DNA of 64,000 nucleotides, taken from Glycera tridactyla. Its lineage: Eukaryota. The stretch lies in contig OZ286461.1 in the NCBI GenBank assembly GCA_965644265.1, forward strand, positions 95,604,001 through 95,668,000, given 5' to 3'. Positions 42,101 to 54,100 of the stretch are shown here, piece by piece. How positions within the stretch are numbered: position 1 is the stretch's first letter; the number at the start of each line of letters is the position of its first letter. A model generated the notes under the pieces. It had not been told where the DNA came from, did no database searches, and saw only the letters and a list, made by a program, of their open reading frames with translations. The translations under genes and the position numbers were made by a program.

Positions 42101-45100
42101 GAATTTATTTACCGTTGACAGTGAGTACGAGAAGAACAGAGAAGATAAACACGATTTCAAAAAGACTTCCATCTCCTGCTATCAGTGGGGATTGAAAATA
42201 AGCAACTCAGAAAGACGAATTGTAGAAACCAGTCATGGTCATGTCAATCCAGTTCTATTTCTCCCAGTGTTTGCTCCCATTTACCAGTCATTGTACAAAT
42301 TACTTCATGTGGATGATTCATTGCATCATCCATGGTACAAAAATTGTGAGATCTTCGTTCATATTGCTGAAAGATTCTCAATAGCAGATTTCCCAAAACA
42401 AATTGACAGATGTTGAGATCTGTATCTGTCAAGACAATCGATACAACATCCTCAAGTTCCATGAGTAAATTGACCAGAAAATAATATCACCAATATGATC
42501 CTGCACAAGCATCTAATTTTATAATTAGAGAGATTCACTTACCGTGTAAAAATCCTCATTCTCTGTGCTAAGATCTTGCTTTATCCGGACCTGACCCTGG
42601 TTGTAGACGATCTCAAAGAATGTGGTAGCTGCATCATCACCAATCAGTGAATAGTTGACTTGGGAGAATGGACCCTGCAATTTGTGGTCAAAATTCACAC
42701 ATTACTAAGAAATAACAATTAACAATGACGTTGGCATGCATTTCATCAAAACAGTTACAGATTACTTTACAGGCTCTGTTGCATATAATCAGAGACTGAA
42801 TAATGTTCAAGTACCTGCCTGTTCAGCAGGCAGACTGATGAAATCACCTGCCCTGACAACAAATCTACCTGTCAGTGCTAGTGGACTAGCCCTTATTGTT
42901 GAGCCACACAGCTATTACAGAGACCCCATCTCTTGTCAAATGAAGTATGATATTTTAAGGGAAACAGTCATTGCTGCTCTGTCGGCAAATGGATGGCCTG
43001 CCTTAAGGGAGGGCGTCATTGATATTCTGTAAATGGAGGTAGATATTCTGATACATTGGTGCAGAGACAAAGGCAGGTTGTTTCATGCAGATGCAATCTC
43101 AGAATGAATATGGATGTGCTGATGAGTCTTCGATCTGTCAATGTGAATCATGATTCAGTTTGAGTGAGGATAGAGCAGCAATACTTCATCCCTGATATAT
43201 GATGTTGTTATAAATAAAAACACTTTAGGAAGCAGTCAAGGTTATGGGACAGAGCTTAAACTTACAGGTGGGTCATCATCTCTTGCAATCATATCCAGTA
43301 CCATGGAGCCCACGGGCCTTGTTTCTTCCACAGATGCCTCATAATCACTCAGTGTGAACACAGGTGAGAGTCGGTTACGTGTTACAAGAACCTGAACTCT
43401 TGCTGTATTGGTGCTGTTCCTTGGTGGATAACCTGTATCTGTCGCATAGACATGCACCTGAAATGAAGATCATATGTGGCAAAGTTAAATATAAATGTGG
43501 TGGTCTGGTATTCTCAGTGAGTTCATGCAATTTTACAATCATATTTCTTGGCTGGCCTGTTCAATCCTGGGTCTTTCTCATATTCTGGGAATCATACAAG
43601 CTCGACCACAGAATTGACTTCATAAGTATGGCACTCACCAATCATGGAGTAGAAGGATCCACTCAGAGATTACTCACCAAGGCACTTACAAGTTCAAGAT
43701 CAATGTGTAAAAAGCAATCATCAGCGGTTCCTTCAATTGATTATTAAGAAAGTGAACATTTGTTGGTCAAATTTCATAACAGAATTGAGATAGAAATGCC
43801 TACTGTATATTTTATCCAACAGGTTGACATCTTACCCGGAAATCAGCCATGGATGTTTCAGCCAGTGATCTTGCAAGTGTTAGCACACCAGTTGTTGGGT
43901 TGACATAGAAGAAATCTTCAGCAGCCTCACTCGATGTGTTGGACATAGTGTATATCACACTATCCTGAAAGAATCAACAGAAAACGAAATCAGCCTTGGA
44001 TGAACCGAAGTACAGTATCATGGTACATGATGCTAGTAATCTACATATTACATAATGTAAAGATAAATTACTTCCTCAAACCCTCCTATATTCATACAAA
44101 ATGTCATATTTAATCCTAATCCCAACAGGATGGATGAAAAAAGGGGTTGCCTATTCAGAAGTCATCTGTGTGTATGTTTGTGCTCATACGTGTGTGTATG
44201 CAATTCACTCAAGATTTTGTAGTGAGCAGATTCCTGACAGCCCCCCCCCCCCCCCCCCCCCCCACTTGGCTGATGCAGATGATGCCAAAGGTAACATTAA
44301 TGCAGCATTGAGTGATCATAGGTTCAATAAACCTTGCAGATACTTCTGGTGAAAAGAGATATAGAAAGTTATATACCTGATCTCGATCTGTAGCAGTCAC
44401 AGTGGAAATTGTGGATCCAACCGCCTGAATCTCAGGGATGGTGATTGTTCGATCGGAATTCTCAAAGCGTGGAGGATTCTCATTCCTTTTGACAGTGATT
44501 GTGAGATTCGCAGTTGCAAAAGAGTCTGGGTTTACATCATCATATACAATGGCGGTGAGCTGGAAACCAGATAATGTCAAAAATAGAATCATCAATATAA
44601 GCATATAAAATTCCTGGATGGAGTGATAATTGCTGATGAAGTAACATCTTCATCCAGCTGGTGGACAGCTGAAAATCACTCCATGCTTGGCAGGATCGCA
44701 CCTGACTGCAGTCTCAAATCAATGCACAAGAAATTCTATCACCCATAAAAGGTCTAGTGGACCTGTTACTCAATAATTTCACCAATTGATCATATTTTTC
44801 ACAGATAAGTGATATTTCCTTCATGAATTATAACTACATGTGGCCATCTATCCAAAGTCAAGTCATCTCAAAAGAGGCAGATTACAATTCNNNNNNNNNN
44901 NNNNNNNNNNNNNNNNNNNNNNNNNNNNNNNNNNNNNNNNNNNNNNNNNNNNNNNNNNNNNNNNNNNNNNNNNNNNNNNNNNNNNNNNNNNNNNNNNNNN
45001 NNNNNNNNNNNNNNNNNNNNNNNNNNNNNNNNNNNNNNNNNNNATACACATACTCTCACACTACAATTCCAACAGGCATACACCAGAACTCGAAGACACA

Positions 45101-48100
45101 CACAAAAAACACCTGTTTACAAACTGAATGATCAAACAATTTTCATCACCTGAAATTACAATAAATATGAACTACTCGAATTCCAAAAGCCAATATGAGT
45201 TACTGAAATTACAATAAATATGAACTACTCGAATTCCAAAAGCCAATACAAGTTATTGAAATTACAATAAATATGAACTACTCAAATTCCAAAAGGCAAT
45301 ACATGATCAATCCCATGAAGATAAAAGACATTGAAATGAAATGTATGCCATTCATCTTATATCCTATTCAATCTGACAAACAGGAAAATACGAGATTTTG
45401 ATGACCACCAGAGGCCCAGTCAAATGAGTCAGGGACATGGAAGCGAAAGAGGTGAAATCAATTAAGGTGGCATAATTACAGAGCCCATTTCCATGTATGT
45501 GTGTATGAATATAGCCATGTAGCCACCCAGAAACAGCCTACTGTAAAGAATATGTACAATCATATGAACCTCGAAATTCCTCAATGTAAGAACATCTTGC
45601 ATACAATGATGGGAATATGTAATGTAGATCTGAAAGTCATTTGCAAATTAGAAGTGATTTCTGCAAAGTAAACATCATCGTCATCCACACAAGTCTACAA
45701 TCATACCACCACCCTTCAATGTCATATATATTTTGAGCTTCTTTTCCAAATTTGTGCCAATGCATCCGACCGTTTTAAGGCCAATTCAATAAATCCCATC
45801 AACTGAGACCAGGAAAACAATCATTGAAATTTTGAATAATTTGGGAAGAATCTGGATAGATTTGCTGTAATAATTTCCATAATTCATTACAGTTTCCAAG
45901 TAGGCAATAAATACAGTTGTTCAAGAGATAATATTTTTGTTCAAGTACAAAGCATATATCAACATGACCAAGCCAAGCATACTATTTGTATCAATACACC
46001 TAAGGCGACACCTACATGCCATACACCAACTTAGACAGGCAACTAATCTATACCAAGGCAATTACAAATGAGAGATACACTAATTTGCATATCCATCTTA
46101 ATTCTCATCTCAGGAGTCTGCATCCCTTGATTTCTATAAAACCTCGGGCAACACATGCATGTTCGTGAGCTTCAAGGCCATTCAATGGGTCGCTTTCATG
46201 GATATATGAAAAATATTGAAGCACTTTTTCTGGTAGGGTAACTTGATAATCATATATATTAGTTACTGTCCAAAAGAACACACTGTCAAGTAGTCACATG
46301 ACTGATTATGATGGTGCATGTCAATTTCACTAAGATTTTTGTGAGCCCAATTTGATCTTAAGTGTGATAGATTAATCAGAAAATGATTGATTCTGAGTCT
46401 CACAAAAACATAGCTACTGACACTGAACAGAGTAAACATTAAGGAAAAAGGCCAACCCTTTTGCAGCCTCAATCATCTAAGTATCAGCTGTCAGTGTGCG
46501 CCTGGCAGCATAAGTCTGCAACGATGGAGGCTAGCTGGGGCTGATGCCATATTAGAAACAGAAATGAGATTGTTCATGAAGTTCATACATGATGAGAATC
46601 TGTGTCCCTACCTATCCACTAATTTTCATGCAGATATTCACACAAAAACCAACTCATATGAGCAATTTAGTGTACACACTCTTTTGTTTTATTCCATTAC
46701 TTGATCATGCAATGAAGGGCTGGATGGTGTACTCATGACTGATTGTGTGACAAGGCTGCCACACATGGTGGGCGGCTTGGTTGTGAAGTCGAATGATTGC
46801 TTTCAAATACGCCAAACTGCATCAACTGTACTCTGGCTGTTCACAGAACAATATCTGCCAGGTGATCCTTTGTTTTTCCCATCAGATTGTTTTTCACAAT
46901 AATTGACCTGTCCTAAGCATGAACTTGCTCTAAGCAAAAGTGGTCTGGTTTTTCTTCTCATGAGAAGGAATAGATAGCTGCTATCACTCAAACATAGCAT
47001 TGAATGAATAGTGGCTTGGATGTCCAAGTTGCATAATGCTTCTGGTGGCACAATGTTTGCTTGTCCAGATAGAAGTCTATTGCATCATGGTCTCAGCTGA
47101 TGAAGAGTTCCAGATACTTAAGTAAAAGCTTTCTTACACATGCAAAAACAAGCAAACACAAAATTGCCTGCAACCATCACCATTGCATACCCAAAAATAT
47201 ATCTTATCATTCTATCTTTGATGAAATCACATTTTGACACAAATGACTTGCAACTTTAGTGCTATGCATGCAGAGGTAGTTGACTCATATACAAGCCCAG
47301 TAAAAGTTTATCAAAGGTCAATGATATCTATTCCTTGAACCATAATATGATGGCTTTACAGGATATCAATATAGGAATGAAGATCAGTTACATTGTTCAT
47401 GATGAAGTTGACAAATATATAAATAAATAGATGCAATTCCTTTTTGACATACTGTACTCTCATTAATATATACTAATCATATACAAAAGCAACCAAACTG
47501 CCCCACTCTATCTGATTTGCATTCATCACACATTCACACCCTGGAAATATAGAGTTTGCATATGCATGCATTAAAACAGAACAAAATCAATGCTCACCAC
47601 CAATCTAGAAAGCCACATTTCAACAGATAGCTATGGGTAGTTTTAGTCAATTGAGAACTGCTTAACATTTCAAATTATTCTGATACATCAGAATGTAGAA
47701 TAAATCACTTATCGAAATTGGAAGTATACATAAAGTGAGATATTGAGATTTATTGATCACTTGTAAATGGGGAACTCTCATCATTCTTAATGAATTTGCA
47801 AGTTGTATCAGTCCTCATATATAAAGCCTCCATGTACTGGATCGCAATATAAGACATTGTAGCATATCTCACAGCTAGCTTCCCTGAGACAACATGAGAC
47901 ACCAATTTGACCTCAAATTGCATATATTAGTTGGTCATGGCATCTCTCCGCCTGGATTTTATATTCTGTTGTTATGCACCCAGAGCCTAACATCTGATCT
48001 TAATAGATGCCAACTTCTGCAGGGTATTATAGAAAGAAAGTTGTATGGAAATGTACCATCACATAAGCCAGACCCAACAATGATAACCCAAAGATAGAAA

Positions 48101-51100
48101 TCCCATACATGCACCAATACTTCCAGGGAGAAGTTTGACAGTCCAACAACTGTTGAAAATTGTTGGCAATCTGAATTTCCGCTGATGACTGACATACACA
48201 AGGTGGTCTTTGCCTTCAAATGATGTCACCCTATCACCTCGGCCAATCAAAGTACAATCAGTCATTTTGATTGACAATTTTTCAACAATTTCCTACAGAA
48301 ACATCCAAATAGCAGCAAGTTCAGTTGCAGCTAACATTCAAACATTTCATAATGGAAATGGTGTTCCCCTTCTTTTTGACATGCTTGAGATAAAGAGCAC
48401 AGGGTAGGTAATCTGGCAAATGTTTCTTTGTTCACCAAAGAGAACCACCAGCGAAAATGTTCATCAAATCCCCTATGAAATATTCTCTATCTTAAGTGTC
48501 TTAAAGAAAGGATGGGGACCCTGTTTCTCATATGACAGATTGCTGACAATTTTGGAGCAGCTGAACTTCACCTGGATATGATGAATGGAACATCCCATAC
48601 TAGATGCATCCAAGTCATATTGACCAGTCATGACTGGAAATATGTTGAAATATGAAATAATAACCCGCCATCAAACATGATGCAATAGTGCCCAATATGT
48701 AGATAGATATACCACCAGAAATATTGTCAAATGAAATGTAATAATAGACTCTTCAACTGTGGCTATGACCTGTTGCAAAAGAGGGGGAACTTAACATCCA
48801 GTGCGGGATGACTGAAAAAGTTCGCTCTTTTAGTCATCCCACAGAGGCAACAGTTCATGCTTGGGAGATGCATGAATGATAAGCATGAGGTCAGAGCAAC
48901 TGGATGTCATATTGTATATCAATTATCGACAACTTCCCTACTTCACAGGTACTCATGGACATGATCATTCTCCGATTAATCTCTTTTTGAGACTTGAAAA
49001 TTTGTGACTTCATTGTGGAAGTAGAGATCATCTAAAGAAGTGAGCTGTTGTTGTCATTATACATATTTCGATTTCACTTTATATTTGAGATGACATCCAG
49101 TTTCTCCAGTTACCAATGCTGCTTACAGTGAAAACTTTCTTTCATATTCACATCAAATTGTTCAAGTCAAAACTTGATCGTTTATTTGAAGAGACCAGGT
49201 CGGATTCGATAGACCAAGCATGATAACATGAATTGCTTCTTTCCAATAATTTTCACTGAAATATCATACCCATATATGAATACAAAGAAAGTGACGAGAC
49301 AGCTCAGCTGAAAACGTCAAAAGGCTGTAACAATGAAGCAGGTCAAGAGCCAGTGAAAAAAATGCTTAAAAAATTGCCGGGCATTGTCGCAGGGTACGGC
49401 GTGCACGTATGCTGAACCTACCGCATAGTTGTTGTAGGGTACACCATCATTGTCCAGCTGGAATAAAGTGAGATCACATTCATAACACCGCCTGACATTC
49501 ATGAGTCTCGAATCATAGAATTGGATTGTCATTTCATTATCTGTCATGCCTTTTTCAAATATACGTCATTACAGAAATATTTGAATGGAGGATTGAACAT
49601 AACTGGGCATGTTCCGCATAATGTGAGCTCATGAACATCAAAGGTAGACATAAGTCAAACAAAAGACATCAAGCATCCATCTCACTCATAAGTGTGTGAA
49701 GAAAAACACAGAGGGGAAAGTAAAAAAATAATACTGCTTCTACAGAGAAAAATTCTTCAATAAGGTCTATCTAAAACAATCCAAAATCGGCAATATGGGA
49801 TGTAAAACCATGTACTAAATGTAACAAAGAAACAAATTACAGGCCCTGATGGGGATAAATGTGGAAGACATGGTCATGCGGACTGGGGATTAGGAATTGC
49901 AGCATAGTTCGGATATCTTGCCAATTTCAGTACAGCGAAACATGCGACGAGAGTCCGCCCTAAATGTCACCAAAAAGCGGTCTCTCAAAAGAGATGGTCT
50001 CTAGGCAGAGGTATATTTGACTATGTCAAATAGAAAAGCTGCCCTGGAAAAGCAGTCTCTGGTCGGAAGTGGTCTCTTGTTGGGGGGGGGGGGGGGGGGT
50101 TTCTCTCATCGCAGGTTTCACTGTATCTGTCTGGTAGAGAATCTAATGGACCTACCATTAGTACCAGTGTTTCAATACAAAATCAGCAATTTGGGACATT
50201 TAACTTGAGCAGTGATGAGAAATCAGATTCATATTCAAATACGTATCTCTTTGATATGCTTGTGCCATAAAATATGTGAGTGGCTCAAGTGAAGTTTATG
50301 GGACCTGCCCCTTATAGCCAATGTTTCAAAACAGAATGATAATCAATAGGTTTATTGTTCAAAGATGCTAAAAGTAACAGAAAGCATGGATGCATGCTTG
50401 TATGAACAAATTGTGGAAATATGTCTTAAGATGGAGACAAATGTATGGAATGCTACCTCTATATGCATAATTGTTTGTCATAATTTGACAGAGACTCAAA
50501 CATCCATTAGTTTGAAGGATTTATTCCATCAAATGCAGGGTATGAGGATTATTGGATCAGAAATGGTATGTGGAGGGAAAGTAATATCAGCATGAGGAAA
50601 TTAGATCATATCAATGCTGAAATAATAAGCATCCATCAATATCTGTATCATGCTGATCGGACCATGATGTATATTGTATATCTTAAATGTGCAAACAGAC
50701 TGAGAGTTTTGTCATTATGAAAAGACGGAGGGGAAATATGGACTACATCTAGAGGATTGAGAAAAATAACTGTGAGGAACAATATATATGAAAAATAAAT
50801 ATGGGGAATTCTGTCCTATTCTGAGAGGGTACTACTTACCGTGTAATCAAATGTGATATCTGACATCAGATCGTTGGAGATGAACACTTCTCCAGTATCC
50901 CGACGCACTTCAAAGAAATATGGTGCTGGAACTGTACCAATCACTTCATATTTCAAAGCTCCCTGAAAGGAAAAGATGGGTTTCAGGCATATGTGGCACT
51001 AAACGGAATATACATCTTACTACAGCATATAGATCCTCAATTTAATCTTGGAATGAACCCATGATATTCCCATATGAAATGATTGCATATCAAAGATTCA

Positions 51101-54100
51101 GATCAGTGACAATCATCACAATCTGAATGGATACCGATTAGAATATACAGCTAATGGTCATATATTTTGACAATTAATAACTGAAAATAGAATTGCGATC
51201 ATTTTTGACGTACCTAACATAAAGAAAAAGTTGTAGGGGGTTGGCAAACATTTTCTTGGTTGTAATTGAACTGAATACCCTGCCATACTTTGCATATGGC
51301 AATTGAGTGGTTTCACTCAACAAGTTATAGCTTTTGACCACAACTTTCCACACAATTTTCAATCAATCTTGTAACCTTATTGACGATAACATCATAATAC
51401 AAGGCGTTGTTCTCATTCCAATATATATCGATTTGGAAGCATTTGTGGTGACCTGATGATTTGTAAGATTAGTTTAGTAAAACCTCTTTTGTGAGATCCC
51501 TCTTTTGGGAGACTGCCCTCTTTTGAAAGACTGCTTCTCAGTGGTTCCTTCCTATTTCACACTGTGAAATATACCTGCAATGAGAGATCACCTGTCCAGA
51601 GACACTGCTTGTGGATGGTATTTGGGGCAGTGCTACGAAAGAGGTTTTACTGCATAGTACATACATTCAAATCATATAGTCCCCATCGTCACCACAGCTA
51701 CCTCATCTAAAGAAGGATGCTCACCATTCTATCATCATCTCGTCCTCTCAAGGTGAAGATCATTCTCCCAACGGGATCTGTTTCCTTAATGGTCACTCGA
51801 TATGGTATGCTCTCAAATATCGGCGGTTGTAAATCACGCTTGACCCGTATATAGGCCAATGTTGTTGTATTTTTTCTTGGTGAGCCATTGTCTGAGGCCA
51901 TGATATTAAACTGAAAACAAAAATGGATGAAAACAGATAAAATTCACCGAACAAGTGTATTAAATTCATGATTCTTGACAGTACAAGTAACAGATGAGTG
52001 GCCCATCCATGAGAACAGTCATTACATATTATCTCAATATCTTCGTATGTATCAGCAATTATTGCAGAAGGCATTACAGATGTATAATGGCATTTTAATG
52101 ATATCCAAGTGTTCTGACTATTAGAAGACAAAAGAATGATTCCAGAGTAACCAAATCAGTGTGATTTGAGATTTCTTGAATCAAGGCCAATGCAATTCTT
52201 TCTCTCTATCTTCATTATACTATGTGATCAGTGGTGAATAGTCACTAGAATTTAGCAGTTTTGAAGTTTGAAAACATCTCAATTTACACATTATGGCATT
52301 GTTTACATTGTTGTTCTGATGATGATGTTGGCGCTCTAGCCACACTCCTGCAAATATCATGTGCAGATAGCTAGGCTGGAATATAAATCTGTATCACCCT
52401 GGCAAGGTGATACAGATTTTGTCATCAGAGAATGATGATATGGCCACTTTTTCTGCTGTTATCACATCCTTAGCTATCATCTCATCTTCAATCAGGTATG
52501 ACTTATAAATCAGCATGGTTGTTTCAAATGTGACTACAATATATTCTGTATTGGGAAGGAACAAGGTCCTGTGTCATGGGATTATGATGGACACTGTGAC
52601 GTTCTATGCAACTAACTATGCTACCATGAAGCTGCCAGTGATGACTGGGTAACAGAAACCTACTCTGTAATCCACCCGATCCTCCTCTGTGAGCATACTG
52701 GCTAGATACAGCACACCAGTGTAAGGATGAAGATAGAAGAATGATGTCTCGGGCAACTTCTCTACAATTGCATACTCAATAACATCCTACAACACAAGCA
52801 CCATCAATTAATCAAAGGTCCTAAAACGATGAAATCTGATGGATGAAAAATTCATAAATAAGTAAATTCTAAAGAATATTCAGATGAAACAAAATGGTTA
52901 GATATATTCAATTCCAGTCATTCTGTGCATGGTCATCACTTGCTAATCCATCCCGATCCTGAAAGATTATGAACACTTCAATGCAGCTATTAGCTATTTT
53001 GTAGTTGATTTGCGGTAAATAATTAAGGCGCCACTGCTAACCTTGCACTGTTGTTTCAGATATCAGACATATGCTCACACCATCAACCAGCACTAATCTT
53101 GTAGCTGTATCTATATGGTTCATGGATGCAGGCAGCTCTAACAACACCCCTGTCATGATCAGCCTGCTCAAACCTAGCTGCAGCAGCACCCTTCTTACTT
53201 TTGAATGAAGATGCTACCACAACACATGTACACCCAAATAGTCACTAATTTTCAAACACCAGCTATCAGTGACCGAATATGATTGTGACAATCTTGAATC
53301 TATGATGAATACATGTGAGATCTCCCTGGAATTGTTGAATGAACCATCTTATTTACTGAAATGAAAATTGAAAAGAAAATCATCCTCATTGAAGCAGAGT
53401 GAGTGATCAGAAGTAATTGCACCTATATGAATATGTATCATCTATGATGTGACACTGCATCACAAAAGTCTGTTATTTGAATCAGGTGTGACTTGGGGAT
53501 GTGTGAAAGCAAGAAAGTAATGACATCCATCTCCCCAAAACCTGAATGAAAAAATATCGATCGAGATCTCGTTAAAAAGTAATTACAATCTGGTTCAAAG
53601 TTAGTGGGTGAATAAAAATGCTTCAAGGTTTTCAGTATCTAACAAATTGGAAATCTATAGTATAACAAATAGCATTATTACACAAAAGTGAAGAATTGAA
53701 GTGTAGATCTGGGAATTTGGAGATAGAGGGAAACATAGGAAAGCAGAAATGACTTATTTAACTTCTTGTAGTATCGAATTGAGGTAAGAGATTGTGCTTG
53801 ATAATCTCAGGTGTTCCTAGTGAAAGCTAATTGACTACATCAAATCTAAAGCAGATCATGTGAAGGGAATTGTTATTTGAGGATTATCATGAGAACGATT
53901 CACTCACATTCAATGGCCCATCTCCAATCAGCTAAAAGCACAAAAACCTAAAGACTAAGTACTATGCTCAATTGAGAGCTTCTACACTGAATGAAGGACA
54001 CATTTCGGAAGATCTTCTCCAGGTACTGTAGTTTCCTGAATGAAAACTCAAAATGACATCAATACAAGCATTCTCATTAACCTCACCATAAGTATAGGGA

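Noticed and set aside
49317-49547. ttccag|CTGGACAATGATGGTGTACCC (LDNDGVP), resembling a DxGxP exon start
   Set aside because: No R[N/D] linker, PxF or DxD follows, and the segment is the wrong length.
53040-53230. Minus-strand SFKSKKGAAAA, reminiscent of the YR HSFRxGAAT motif
   Set aside because: A single weak motif with no collinear support.
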